Shown here: positions 1 to 9,724 of the stretch, one piece after another | How the letters are laid out: each line of letters starts with the position of its first letter | Numbering within the stretch: position 1 is the stretch's first letter | Assembly: GCA_963836485.1 (NCBI GenBank) | Contig: CAWIJS010000013.1 | Coordinates: forward strand, 527,961 to 591,960 | Source: an uncultured Conexibacteraceae bacterium | Lineage (GTDB): Bacteria > Actinomycetota > Thermoleophilia > Solirubrobacterales > Solirubrobacteraceae | DNA length: 64,000 bases | Direction of reading: 5' to 3' | Translations under genes and position numbers: made by a program | The notes under the pieces: generated by a model | Seen by the model: the letters and a program-made list of their open reading frames with translations, nothing else | The model's database searches: none | Told to the model about the DNA's origin: nothing

Positions 1-2
1 GG

Positions 3-503
3 CCCGCGCACTGCGAGTGGCTGGACTTCGAGCTCGAGATCGCCGCCGTGATCGGCGAGGACGCCGAGATCGCCGGCTACACGCTGCTCAACGACTGGAG
101 CGCGCGTGACATCCAGCGCCGCGAGATGACCGTCGGCCTCGGGCCCGCCAAGGGCAAGGACTTCGCGACGTCGATCGGTCCGTGGCTGGTCACGCCCGAC
201 GAGCTCCCCATCGAGGACGGCCGCCTGCAGCTGACGGCCACCGCGTCGCTCGGCGACCGTGAGATCACGAGCAGCGACGCCGGCGCGATGCACTGGAGCT
301 GGCCGCAGCTCGTCGCGCACACCGCCAAGGAGACCCGGCTCAAGCCCGGTGACATCCTCGGCTCGGGCACGCTGAACCGCGGCTGCCTGCTGGAGCTCAA
401 CGCCGAGGGCGGGATCGACGGCGAGGTGCGCTGGCTGACGCCGGGTGACACGGTGACCATCAGTGCACCAGGGCTGGGCAGCCTCAGCGCGCCGATCGTC
501 TGA
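3..503 (+). CDS. Fumarylacetoacetate hydrolase family protein (5'-truncated by window edge)
   Basis: Frame open from base 3; motifs LDFELE, LLNDWSARDIQ, KGKDF, GPWLVTPDE, GDILGSGT. Confidence 0.9.
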   Translation, partial: PAHCEWLDFELEIAAVIGEDAEIAGYTLLNDWSARDIQRREMTVGLGPAKGKDFATSIGPWLVTPDELPIEDGRLQLTATASLGDREITSSDAGAMHWSWPQLVAHTAKETRLKPGDILGSGTLNRGCLLELNAEGGIDGEVRWLTPGDTVTISAPGLGSLSAPIV

Positions 504-521
504 CGGCGCGCGCGGTCAAGC

Positions 522-1457
522 TCAGGACGCGAGCGCCAGCTCGGTGCGGCGGGCGCCGAACTCGGCGGACACCTCGACCAGCACATCGAGCATCGCCTGC
601 TTGGCCGGCGAGCGGAACGAGTCGGCCAGCGTCGTGGCGACGATGCGTCGCACCGGCGGCCGCGCGCCGAGGGAGCGAACGATCACGTCGTCGCGCACCG
701 CGACCAGCGCGAGGTCCGGAACGAAGGACACGCCCATCCCGGCCGCGACGAAGCCCTGGATGGCCGTGTAGTCATCCATGTTGAACGCGATGTTGGGGGC
801 AAAGCCGACGGCCTGGCAGGCGTTGAGGAAGATGCTGGTATCCGGGCAGGTGCCCGACGTCCCGATCATCCACGACTCGTCGGCGAGATCGGTCAGCTTG
901 AGCCGCGGGTGGTCGGCCATCGGATGGTCGCGCGGCAACATGATGTACATGGGATCGTCGAGCAGCGCCACAGTGTCGATGCCGGGCTCGGGTCGCGTGT
1001 TGAAGCACGTCTCGATCGACAGCGCGATGTCGCTCTCGCCGCCACGCAGCAGGCGCAGGGCGTCGTCCGGGTCAGCCGGGCAGAGCGACAGCTCGACGCC
1101 GGGATGGCGCTCGCGAAAACGAGCGACGGCCTGAGGCATCAGCGTCGCGCAGGCGCTCGCGAACGCGGCGAGGCGCAGCCGGCCGCCGCGCAGGCCGGCG
1201 ATCGCCTGTAGCTCGTCCTCGGCATCGGCCAGGCGAGCCAGGATGACGTCGGCGTGGGCGACCAGCGCCCGGCCCGCGTCGGTCAGCGTGACGCCGCGCG
1301 CGGAGCGCTCGACTAGCCGCGAGCCCGCCTCGCGCTCCAGCGCGGCGATCTGCTGGGAGACCGCCGACTGCGTGTAGGACAGCGCCTCGGCGGCCGAGGA
1401 GAACGAGCCGTGCGTGGCGACCTCGCGAAGCACACGGAGGCGGCGGACGTCGAGCAT
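522..1457 (-). CDS. LysR family transcriptional regulator
   Basis: N-terminal HTH GSFSSAAEALSYTQSAVSQQIAALE; about 310 aa. Confidence 0.95.
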   Translation of the reverse strand: MLDVRRLRVLREVATHGSFSSAAEALSYTQSAVSQQIAALEREAGSRLVERSARGVTLTDAGRALVAHADVILARLADAEDELQAIAGLRGGRLRLAAFASACATLMPQAVARFRERHPGVELSLCPADPDDALRLLRGGESDIALSIETCFNTRPEPGIDTVALLDDPMYIMLPRDHPMADHPRLKLTDLADESWMIGTSGTCPDTSIFLNACQAVGFAPNIAFNMDDYTAIQGFVAAGMGVSFVPDLALVAVRDDVIVRSLGARPPVRRIVATTLADSFRSPAKQAMLDVLVEVSAEFGARRTELALAS

Positions 1458-1469
1458 AAGCAGAACTTA
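1457..1469. promoter_or_regulatory. Putative LysR box (T-N11-A)
   Basis: TAAG-cagaa-CTTA palindrome abutting the LysR start in a divergent intergenic region. Confidence 0.6.
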
Positions 1470-1516
1470 CTCCGCCGGTCACCAAATGTCATTTGTGCTG
1501 ATGGGCGGGGTTCCTC

Positions 1517-1873
1517 ATGATCTTTCCCATGTCCTCCAGCACCTTCTCCCCAAATCTCCCCGCTGTGGACGCGCTCGTCATCCGCCCCGCTTACCCCGAC
1601 GACGCTCCCACGCTCGCGCGCCTCGCGGCGCTCGACAGCCAGCGCCCCCTCGCCGGCTCCGCCATCGTCGCCGAGCGCGACGGCCGCATCCTCGCCGCGG
1701 TCGCGCTCGACAGCGACCGCACGATCGCTGACCCCTTCGCCCCCACCGCTGATCTCGTCGCCCTGCTGAAGCTGCACGCTGCCGATACGGCCCGCAGCTT
1801 CGCCGGGCGCCGGGACATCCTCCGGCGTGTGGGAGCGAGCACCCGGCGGCACCCTGCGCTCGCGCGCGGGTAG
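1517..1873 (+). CDS. Hypothetical protein resembling the N-terminal half of a GNAT fold
   Basis: IRPAYPDDAPTLARL...IVAERDGRILA pattern; typical codon usage; divergent from LysR. Confidence 0.7.
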   Translation: MIFPMSSSTFSPNLPAVDALVIRPAYPDDAPTLARLAALDSQRPLAGSAIVAERDGRILAAVALDSDRTIADPFAPTADLVALLKLHAADTARSFAGRRDILRRVGASTRRHPALARG

Positions 1874-1885
1874 CTGACGGGCGAA

Positions 1886-1938
1886 CGCGCCGGAGCGCCG
1901 CCGCACCCGCTCGCCGGGTGTGCGCGGCGCTCGGCGCG
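1886..1938 (+). terminator. Long GC-rich hairpin, possible terminator
   Basis: GAGCGCCGC-CGCACCCG pairs with CGGGTGTG-C-GCGGCGCTC just after the 1873 stop; no U-tract. Confidence 0.5.
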
Positions 1939-1953
1939 ATCAACTTCGGCGGT

Positions 1954-2010
1954 GTGAGTTGCGTGATACAACTGACTGCGGTACGGTCCCGGTCGCCTCA
2001 TGCAACTGAC
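1954..2010. promoter_or_regulatory. Putative operator upstream of MFS gene
   Basis: GTGAGTTG-N7-CAACTGAC palindrome (1954-1976) and a second CAACTGAC half-site at 2003-2010. Confidence 0.5.
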
Positions 2011-2031
2011 CGTTCTCCGAAGGGTAGGGCA

Positions 2032-3450
2032 ATGAGCCGTCGCGCTCGCGTCGCCGCCATCGTGTCGGTCGGGGTCTTCGTCGCCAGCCTCGACCTGTTC
2101 ATCGTCAACATCGCGTTCCCCGACATCCAGCGCGACTTCGCCGGCACATCGCTGGCGTCGCTCTCCTGGGTGCTCAACGCCTACGCCATCGTGTTCGCCG
2201 CGCTCCTGGTCCCCGCCGGGCGCTGGGCCGACCGGACCGGGCGCAAGCGCGCGTTCCTCGGTGGCCTGGCGCTGTTCACGGTGGCCTCAGCTGCGTGTGC
2301 CGCGGCGCCGTCGATCGGCGTGCTCGTCGCCGCGCGCGTCGTGCAGGCAGCGGGTGCGGCGGTCCTGATGCCCGCCTCGCTGGGTCTGCTGCTGCCGGAG
2401 TTCCCGCCGGAAAAGCGCGGGCTGGCAATCGGCCTGTGGGCAGCCGTCGGTGGCACCGCGGCGGCGGCCGGGCCGGTCATCGGCGGGCTGCTGGTCGAGC
2501 TGTCGTGGCGCTGGGTCTTCTTGGTGAACATCCCGATTGGGATCGCGGCGATCGTCGCGGGCACGCGGGTGTTGCACGAGATCCGCGAGGAGGACGCGCC
2601 ACGGCCAGACCTGGTCGGGGCGGGGCTCCTCACCGGCGCCGTGGCGACGCTGATCGGCGGGATCATCCAAGGTCCGAACTGGGGCTGGACCGACGGGCGC
2701 GTGGTCGGGCTGTTCGCGGTCGCGCTCGTGTTGTCGGTGGCCTTCGTCGTGCGCTCCGGGCGCCATCCGGTCCCGATCGTCGAGCCGGCCTTGGTGAAGG
2801 TCCAGGCGTTCGCGGCGGCCAATGTTGCCGGCATCTTCTTCTTCATCGGCTTCTCGGCGATGCTGCTGGGCAGCGTGCTGTGGCTGACCGAGGTGTGGGG
2901 CGAGACGGCGCTGGGCGCCGGCTTGAAGATCGCTCCGGGGCCGTCGATGGCGGCGTTGTTCGCCGTTGGCGGAGGGATCCTCAGCGGCCGGATCGGTCCA
3001 CGGGCGGTCGGGACGATCGGCGCGTTGCTCTTCGGATTGGGCGGCGTGTGGTGGGCGACACATCTCGGGGCGACAGAGCACTACGCCAGCGACTACCTTC
3101 CCGGCATGCTGATCGGCGGTGCAGGTGTGGGCTTCGTGAATCCGGCACTGGCAGGCGCGGCGACGGCGCAGCTGCCGCCGACGCGGCTGGCGACCGGCAG
3201 CGCCGTGCTGACGATGTCGCGCCAGCTCGGCTCGGCGCTCGGCGTCGCGCTGCTGGTCGCGGTGCTGGGCACGCCATCGCCGGCCGAGGTCGTCGACACC
3301 TTCGACAACGCCTGGTGGATGATGGTCGCCGCGGCCTTTGCGTCGGCGGCCGCCTTCACGTTGGTCGGCTCGCTGAAGGCGCATGAGGGCAGCGTGGAGG
3401 AAGAGCTCGAAGCCGCGGTGGCGTCGATGGCGCCGGAGGTTGCGGCATGA
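2032..3450 (+). CDS. MFS transporter, DHA2 (14-TM) efflux type
   Basis: LDLFIVNIAFP, GRWADRTGRKR, WRWVFLVNIPIG; ATG 2032 chosen as start. Confidence 0.93.
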   Translation: MSRRARVAAIVSVGVFVASLDLFIVNIAFPDIQRDFAGTSLASLSWVLNAYAIVFAALLVPAGRWADRTGRKRAFLGGLALFTVASAACAAAPSIGVLVAARVVQAAGAAVLMPASLGLLLPEFPPEKRGLAIGLWAAVGGTAAAAGPVIGGLLVELSWRWVFLVNIPIGIAAIVAGTRVLHEIREEDAPRPDLVGAGLLTGAVATLIGGIIQGPNWGWTDGRVVGLFAVALVLSVAFVVRSGRHPVPIVEPALVKVQAFAAANVAGIFFFIGFSAMLLGSVLWLTEVWGETALGAGLKIAPGPSMAALFAVGGGILSGRIGPRAVGTIGALLFGLGGVWWATHLGATEHYASDYLPGMLIGGAGVGFVNPALAGAATAQLPPTRLATGSAVLTMSRQLGSALGVALLVAVLGTPSPAEVVDTFDNAWWMMVAAAFASAAAFTLVGSLKAHEGSVEEELEAAVASMAPEVAA

Positions 3451-3983
3451 GCGCGATCGACGACCCACGCGCCGATGAGCTCCACGACCCGACGCGCTCG
3501 CGCACCGTCTCCTGGGACGACCCGACGCCGGTCATCGAGGCGAGCTCGACGCTCACCGGCCTCGAGCTCATGCGCGGGATCATGAGCGGTGAGCTGCCCG
3601 CACCGCCCGTCGCGCGCCTGCTCGGCTTCGGCATCGACCGCGTCGACGAGGGCAACGTCGTCTTTACGATGGACCCGCTCGAGGCCCATCAGAACCCGTT
3701 GGGCACCGTCCACGGCGGGATCATCACCACCTTGCTCGACAGCGCGATGGGCTGCGCGGTCCACACCACGCTCCCACCCGGCGGCATGTACACCACCTTG
3801 GAGCTCAAGGTGAACTTCCTGCGCCCCTCCTTCGCCGGCGGCGCGCGCCTGCTCGCCGAGGGCACCGTGCTGCACCGCGGGTCAACCGCCGTGCTCGTCG
3901 AGGCGACGATCACCGACGCAGAGAGCGGCAAGAAGATCGCGCACGGCACGTCGACCTGCCTGATCCTGCCGCCGCGCGCCTAG
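3447..3983 (+). CDS. PaaI family (hotdog) thioesterase
   Basis: NPLGTVHGG...LLDSAMG, TLELKVNFLRP; ATGA overlap with MFS gene. Confidence 0.92.
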   Translation: MSAIDDPRADELHDPTRSRTVSWDDPTPVIEASSTLTGLELMRGIMSGELPAPPVARLLGFGIDRVDEGNVVFTMDPLEAHQNPLGTVHGGIITTLLDSAMGCAVHTTLPPGGMYTTLELKVNFLRPSFAGGARLLAEGTVLHRGSTAVLVEATITDAESGKKIAHGTSTCLILPPRA

Positions 3984-4417
3984 GCCACCGGGCGCTCGAA
4001 GAGCGTCGAGAGGACGACTTGGGTGTGGGTGCGGCGGACGCCGGGTGTGTCGCGCAGGCGCTCGAGCGCCTCCTCCAAGTGCTGGGTGTCGGCAGCGCGG
4101 ACGTGGAGGATCGCGCTGGCCTCGCCGGCGACGGTGTAGGCCGACTCGACCTCGTCGTGGGGCTCGATGGCCTTGCGGACCTCGGCGGCTGACATGCGGC
4201 CCTCGCAGTAGAGCGCGACGACGGCATGGGTGTGCCAGCCCATCGCGGCCGGGTCGACGACCGCGGCGTAGGACCGGATCACGCCCTCGGACTGCAGCTT
4301 GTCGACGCGGCGCTTGACCGCGGGCGCGCTCAGCGCGACGTGGCCGCCGATGTCTTGGAAGGAGCGGCGGGCGTCCGTTCGAAGCAGCGCAACGATCTTG
4401 CGGTCTGTGTCGTCCAT
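3980..4417 (-). CDS. Lrp/AsnC family regulator
   Basis: MDDTDRKIVALLRTDARRSF...LSAPAVKRRV; divergent from hppD. Confidence 0.93.
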   Translation of the reverse strand: MDDTDRKIVALLRTDARRSFQDIGGHVALSAPAVKRRVDKLQSEGVIRSYAAVVDPAAMGWHTHAVVALYCEGRMSAAEVRKAIEPHDEVESAYTVAGEASAILHVRAADTQHLEEALERLRDTPGVRRTHTQVVLSTLFERPVA

Positions 4418-4490
4418 CGCCACAGTTTATCCGCAGATACGCAACGAATCGTGGTTGAGACCGGCGTTTGACAAGCGGATCATTCCGTCC

Positions 4491-5615
4491 ATGCCTTCCG
4501 AGACCGCTTCCACCCCTGTGGCACCCCACGGGCTGCAGGACTACATGCCGCTCAACGGGGTCGACCACGTCGAGCTCTTCGTCGGCAACGCCAAGCAGGC
4601 CGCGTTCTTCTACACGCGCGCCTACGGCTTCAAGCTGGTGGCCTACTCGGGGCTGGAGACCGGCATGCGCGACCGTGCCTCCTACGTCGTCCAACAGGGC
4701 CGCATCCGCCTGGTCCTCACCGGCGCGCTCCACTCCGACTCCCCCATCGCCGAGCACCACCGCCACCACGGCGACGGCGTCAAGGTGATTGCTTTGAGCG
4801 TGCCCGACGTCGACCACGCCTGGCGCGAGGCGACGACGCGCGGCGCCGAGGGCGTGGTCGAGCCGCACGACAGCAGCGACGAGCACGGCACGGTGCGCAT
4901 GGCCACCATCAAGACCTACGGCGAAACGCTGCACACGTTCGTCGCCCGCGCCGGCTATACGGGCCCGTTCCTCCCCGGCTACGAGGCCCGCGAAGACAAC
5001 TCCATCGACACCGGCATGCTGCTCGGCATCGACCACATCGTCGGCAACGTCGAGCACATGGACCCGTGGGTGTCGTTCTACGAGGACGTCTTCAACATGA
5101 AGGAGATGCTCCACTTCACCGACGAGGCGATCTCGACCGAGTACTCCGCCTTGATGTCGAAGGTCGTCGCCGACGGCAAGGGCGTCGTCAAGTTCCCCAT
5201 CAACGAGCCGGCCGAGGGCAAGCGCAAGTCCCAGATCGAGGAGTACCTGGAGTTCTACGAGGGCCCGGGTGCCCAGCACCTCGCGGTCGCCACGCGCGAC
5301 ATCGTCAAGACCGTCGCCGAGATGCGCCGCCGCGGCGTCGAGTTCCTCGACATCCCGGCCTCCTACTACGAGGACGCGCCGATCCGCGTTCCGGAGGTCG
5401 CGCCGATCATCGACGACCTGCGCACCCAGGGCATCCTGGTCGACCGCGACGACGAGGGCTACCTCCTGCAGATCTTCACCAAGCCGGTCGGCGACCGCCC
5501 GACGGTCTTCCTCGAAGTCATCGAGCGCCACGGCGCCCGCGGCTTCGGCGACGGCAACTTCAAGGCGCTCTTCGAGGCCCTGGAGCGCGAGCAGGACCGG
5601 CGTGGGAACCTCTGA
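4491..5615 (+). CDS. hppD: 4-hydroxyphenylpyruvate dioxygenase
   Basis: IDHIVGNV, KSQIEEYL, GAQHLA, YLLQIFTKP, GFGDGNFKALFE. Confidence 0.97.
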   Translation: MPSETASTPVAPHGLQDYMPLNGVDHVELFVGNAKQAAFFYTRAYGFKLVAYSGLETGMRDRASYVVQQGRIRLVLTGALHSDSPIAEHHRHHGDGVKVIALSVPDVDHAWREATTRGAEGVVEPHDSSDEHGTVRMATIKTYGETLHTFVARAGYTGPFLPGYEAREDNSIDTGMLLGIDHIVGNVEHMDPWVSFYEDVFNMKEMLHFTDEAISTEYSALMSKVVADGKGVVKFPINEPAEGKRKSQIEEYLEFYEGPGAQHLAVATRDIVKTVAEMRRRGVEFLDIPASYYEDAPIRVPEVAPIIDDLRTQGILVDRDDEGYLLQIFTKPVGDRPTVFLEVIERHGARGFGDGNFKALFEALEREQDRRGNL

Positions 5616-5618
5616 GCC

Positions 5619-6803
5619 ATGCGCTACGTCACCCTCGGCGACGTCCCCCGCAAGCGCCACATCCAGGTGCGGCGCAACGGCGCGGGCTCGCCGCTGCTGA
5701 CCGAGGAGGTCCTCGGCTACGAGGGCTTCAGCGGCAACGAGACGATCCTCTACCACCTGCACTCGCCATGCCGGCTGTCGGAGGTCGGCGGTTTCGCTCC
5801 GATCCGTCGCGAGGAGTGGGTGCCCGACGCCCATGTCCACCGCCTCGCCGACATCAACAGCGCACCCGCAGGCGGCGACCCCGTCGCCGGGCGCCAGCTG
5901 TTGATGTACAACAATGACATCGAGGTGTCGGTCGCCAAGCCGACCGAGTCCCAGGAGGGCTTTCACCGCAACGGCGAGGGCGACGAGGTCGTCTACGTCC
6001 ACCGCGGCGGCGGCAAGCTGCGGACGAACTTCGGGCCCGTCCTCTTTCGCGAGCGCGACTACGTCGTCATCCCGCGCGGGACGACCTACCGCTTCGAGCC
6101 CGACCCGGGCACCGAGCAGTTCTGGATCTGTTTCCACACACCCGGCGAGATCGAGACGCCCAACCGCTACCGCAACCGCTACGGCCAGCTGCTGGAGCAC
6201 GCGCCGTACTCCCAGCGCGACTTCCACGGGCCGATCGAGCTGGAGACCCATGACGAGGAGGGCGAGTTCACCCTCGACGTCCGCGTGCGCGGCGGTGTCC
6301 AGCGCTATCTCCTGGATCGCCACCCGTTCGACGTCGTCGGCTGGGATGGCTACGTGTTCCCCTACACCTTCAACGCCGACGACTTCGAGCCGCGCGCCGG
6401 GCGCTTCCACCTGCCGCCGCCGGCCCATCAGACGTTCCAAGGCCCGAACTTCGTCATCTGCACCTTCGCCCCGCGCATGCTCGACTGGGATCCCGAAGCC
6501 GTTCCGATCCCCTACCACCACTCGAACATCCAGTCCGAGGAGGTGATGTTCTACGCCGCCGGCGACTACGCGGCGCGCAAGGGCGTCGAGGTCGGCTGCC
6601 TGACGCTGCACCCCTCCGGCCTGCCCCACGGCCCGCAGCCGGGCACCGTCGAGAAGGCCCTGGGCATGACGCACACCAACGAGCTCGCGGTCATGTGGGA
6701 CACCTTCAAGCCGCTGAAGCTCGCAGCGCTGTGGCGCGATCACGACGATCCGTCCTACGCGTATTCGTGGAACCCGGACCGCGAGGCCGCTCAGCCGCGA
6801 TGA
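5619..6803 (+). CDS. hmgA: Homogentisate 1,2-dioxygenase
   Basis: HPFDVVGWDG, HLPPPAHQTF, PYHHSN...EEV, LHPSGLPHGP; directly follows hppD. Confidence 0.93.
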   Translation: MRYVTLGDVPRKRHIQVRRNGAGSPLLTEEVLGYEGFSGNETILYHLHSPCRLSEVGGFAPIRREEWVPDAHVHRLADINSAPAGGDPVAGRQLLMYNNDIEVSVAKPTESQEGFHRNGEGDEVVYVHRGGGKLRTNFGPVLFRERDYVVIPRGTTYRFEPDPGTEQFWICFHTPGEIETPNRYRNRYGQLLEHAPYSQRDFHGPIELETHDEEGEFTLDVRVRGGVQRYLLDRHPFDVVGWDGYVFPYTFNADDFEPRAGRFHLPPPAHQTFQGPNFVICTFAPRMLDWDPEAVPIPYHHSNIQSEEVMFYAAGDYAARKGVEVGCLTLHPSGLPHGPQPGTVEKALGMTHTNELAVMWDTFKPLKLAALWRDHDDPSYAYSWNPDREAAQPR

Positions 6804-6813
6804 TGGGCGGGCT

Positions 6814-7443
6814 GTGGCCGCCCCGCCGCTCTTCGCGCTGGAGGATGTGACCGTCGCGGGCGCCGAGCGCCCGCGGCTGACGAACGTCTCGCTCGCTCTG
6901 CACGACGGCGGCATCACGGTGCTCCAAGGGCCATCGGGCTCGGGGAAGTCGACGCTCCTGCGGCTGCTCAACCGGCTGGAGGCACCCGACGCAGGGACCG
7001 TGCGCTACCGCGGCGACGACCTCGCCACGCGCGACGTGCTCGCCCACCGGCGCGAGGTCGGGATGGTCTTCCAAGCGCCGATCCTCTTCCCCGGGACCGT
7101 CGCCGACAACCTCGCGGTCGCCCAGCCGGTCGATCCGCCCGCGCTGTTGCTGGAGCACGCCGGATTGCCTGCTTCCTTTCTGACGCGCGAGGCCGGAACG
7201 CTGTCGGGCGGCGAGGCCCAGCGCGCGTGCCTGGCGCGCGCGCTCGGGACGCGCCCGCGCGTGCTGCTGATGGACGAGCCGACCTCAGCGCTCGACCACG
7301 AGGCGGCGCTGGTCATCGAGCGCCTTGCGCGGACGCTGGCCGATGAGGGCGTCCCGATCGTCCTGGTCACCCACGATCGCGATCAGGCGACGCGGCTGGG
7401 CGACCGCGTGATCGTGCTGGACGAGGGGAGGCTCGGGCCATGA
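6814..7443 (+). CDS. ABC ATP-binding protein (FetA/YbbL-like)
   Basis: GPSGSGKST, LSGGE, LLMDEPT; coupled to UPF0014 permease. Confidence 0.88.
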   Translation: MAAPPLFALEDVTVAGAERPRLTNVSLALHDGGITVLQGPSGSGKSTLLRLLNRLEAPDAGTVRYRGDDLATRDVLAHRREVGMVFQAPILFPGTVADNLAVAQPVDPPALLLEHAGLPASFLTREAGTLSGGEAQRACLARALGTRPRVLLMDEPTSALDHEAALVIERLARTLADEGVPIVLVTHDRDQATRLGDRVIVLDEGRLGP

Positions 7444-8228
7444 GCGGCGATGTCAGTTGGTGGGGCCTCGCCGCCTCGCTGATCATGATCGCCGCCGTCG
7501 CGCTGCTCTCCTGGCGCCAGAAGCTGCGGCTGGAGCGCGATCTGGCGATCGCGGTCGGGCGATCGCTGACCCAGATGCTGCTCGTCGGGGCGGCGCTCGG
7601 CCTGATCGTCGACCAAGGCACCTGGATCGGCTGGTCGTTCCTGTGGGTCGCCGGGATGGTGGCCTTCGCGGCGGTGACCGTCAGCCGGCGGGCGCCGATG
7701 CTGCCGGGCGTCCTCGGCGTGGCGCTGATCGCGATGGCCGCCAGCGCCATCGCCGGCCTGGGCCTGCTGTTTGCCCTCGGGATCTTCCCCGTGAGCGGCC
7801 GGACGGTCGTGCCCGTCGCCGGCATGGTCCTCGGCAACTCGCTGGCCGCGGGCGTCCTGACGATCCGGCGCCTGGTCGAGGCGATCGCCGAGCGCCGCGC
7901 TGACCTCGAGGCGCGGCTGGCGCTCGGCTTGCCGTGGCAGCACGCCGTCCGCCCCACCGTCCGGCAGGTGCTGCGCACCGGGATCGCGCCCGACATTGAG
8001 CGGCTCAAGGCGCTCGGCATCGTCGTCCTGCCGGGCGCGATGACCGGCCTGATCCTCGCCGGCGTCGACCCCCTCGACGCCGTCCGCGTGCAGCTCGCGT
8101 TGTTGTACGTGATCCTTGGATCGGTCACGACGACGGCCAGCGTTATCGCTCTGCTCGGCACGCGGCGGCTGTTCACCGCCGACCATCGCCTGATCCCGCT
8201 CGCCCGCGACACGCAAGACGAGGACTAA
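7440..8228 (+). CDS. ABC permease, FetB/UPF0014 family
   Basis: PVAGMVLGNS, EARLALG, LPGAMTGLILAGVDP...AVRVQ. Confidence 0.88.
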   Translation: MSGDVSWWGLAASLIMIAAVALLSWRQKLRLERDLAIAVGRSLTQMLLVGAALGLIVDQGTWIGWSFLWVAGMVAFAAVTVSRRAPMLPGVLGVALIAMAASAIAGLGLLFALGIFPVSGRTVVPVAGMVLGNSLAAGVLTIRRLVEAIAERRADLEARLALGLPWQHAVRPTVRQVLRTGIAPDIERLKALGIVVLPGAMTGLILAGVDPLDAVRVQLALLYVILGSVTTTASVIALLGTRRLFTADHRLIPLARDTQDED

Positions 8229-8238
8229 GGTCAACACC

Positions 8239-9219
8239 ATGAACTTCACGTGGGACGACGGCGAGCGGACGATCCGCTTTGGCCGCGGCACGATCGCCGA
8301 CGCACCGGAGCTCCTGGGCGACAACTACACCTTGCTCACCACCGAGCGCGCCGAGGCCGCGGCGCCCGACGTCGTGAGCCGAGCGCAGGCCGTCCACCAC
8401 GTCGGCCCCGGCCTCGTCGACGAGCTCGCCGCCGAACTGCACGGCGCGGTCGACGACGCGCAGCTCCTCGTCGCGCTGGGCGGCGGGCGCGTCGTCGACG
8501 TCGCCAAGGCGCTGGCCGGCACGCGCGACGGCGTCCGCGCCGCGGCGATTCCGACGACGCTCAGCGCCGCGGAGATGACGAAGATCCACCGCAAGCCGGC
8601 AGGCCACGAGGAGACTGCCCGCAACGTCCGCCCGGCGATCGTCATCAACGACCCCGACCTGTCGGCCTCTCAGCCTGTCTCCGAGCTGGCCGCGTCATCG
8701 GCCAACGCGCTGGCCCACGCGGTCGAGGCGCCGGTGACCATCTACGCCTCGACGGTCCCGACGCTGGCCGCGCGCGAGGCGATCCGCCTCATCGACGTCG
8801 CCTGGCTCGTCGAGGGCGAGGACCCGTCCTACGTCGGCCGCGAGCAGCTTGCCCACGCAGCGCTGCTCAGCGGCTACGGGATCGACGCCGCACGCTACGG
8901 CCTCAGCCACGTCCTCAGCCAGACGCTGGTCCGCGTCGGCGGCGCCGGTCATGGCCAGGCCAACGCCGCGATCCTGCCGGTCGCGATCGCCGCCCTGGAG
9001 CGGCGCAATCCCGGCCGCGTGGACCCCGACGGGACGCTCGGCGAGTTGGCCCGCCGCCTCGCCCGTTGCGCTGGAGCCGACGGCATCCGCCGCCTCGGCG
9101 TCCCCGAGGAGCGCCTCGACGCCTGCGCCGACGCCGCCGCCCAGCGCCAGGACCTCGCCTTCACGCCACCGGTCGCGGATCGTGACGAGCTCCGCGCGCT
9201 CTACGCCGAGGCGTGGTGA
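8239..9219 (+). CDS. Iron-containing alcohol dehydrogenase family, maleylacetate reductase-like
   Basis: GGGRVVDVAKA, IPTTLSAAEMT, NALAHAVE, plus two further His ligands. Confidence 0.8.
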   Translation: MNFTWDDGERTIRFGRGTIADAPELLGDNYTLLTTERAEAAAPDVVSRAQAVHHVGPGLVDELAAELHGAVDDAQLLVALGGGRVVDVAKALAGTRDGVRAAAIPTTLSAAEMTKIHRKPAGHEETARNVRPAIVINDPDLSASQPVSELAASSANALAHAVEAPVTIYASTVPTLAAREAIRLIDVAWLVEGEDPSYVGREQLAHAALLSGYGIDAARYGLSHVLSQTLVRVGGAGHGQANAAILPVAIAALERRNPGRVDPDGTLGELARRLARCAGADGIRRLGVPEERLDACADAAAQRQDLAFTPPVADRDELRALYAEAW

Positions 9220-9272
9220 ATCTTCTGTAAGCGGTGCATTGAAGTGGACCGCTCATGGGTAGGCTGCCCGCC

Positions 9273-9704
9273 ATGACCGATCAGAGCTTCGCACCGCCGT
9301 CTGTCGGCGCTCCGCCCACGAGCACCACCACCAACGCCCGCGCAGGCTTCTGGATCCGCTTCGGCGCCTCGCTGATCGACGGCATCCTGATCTCGATCAT
9401 CACCGTGCCGCTCCAACTGGGTCTCCATGGCGCCGGTTACGGCCTGGCGCTGCTGGTCGGCATCGCTTACTACACCTACTGCGAGGGCAGCGAGCGCGGC
9501 CAGACGATCGGCAAGTCGGCCTGCGGCATCCGCGTCCGCTCGATCGACGGCGGTCCGATCGGCTACACGCGCGGCTTCCTGCGCTACATCGGCCGGATCC
9601 TCTCGACGATCCCGATCTTCCTGGGCTACTTCTGGATGATCTGGGATCCGCAGAAGCAGACCTGGCACGACAAGATCGCCAACTCGGTCGTCGTGCCGCA
9701 GTAG
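9273..9704 (+). CDS. RDD family membrane protein
   Basis: AGFWIRFGASLID, GQTIGK, QTWHDKIANSVVV. Confidence 0.92.
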   Translation: MTDQSFAPPSVGAPPTSTTTNARAGFWIRFGASLIDGILISIITVPLQLGLHGAGYGLALLVGIAYYTYCEGSERGQTIGKSACGIRVRSIDGGPIGYTRGFLRYIGRILSTIPIFLGYFWMIWDPQKQTWHDKIANSVVVPQ

Positions 9705-9724
9705 CGGCGAAGGCCTGCGCGGCG

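Noticed and set aside
3882-6971. 1029-aa minus-strand ORF and similar long ORFs (14824-16587, 16121-18139, 25163-26740, 31637-33367, 33678-35141)
   Set aside because: Antisense or off-frame shadows of well-supported genes; expected in high-GC DNA and lack recognisable motifs.
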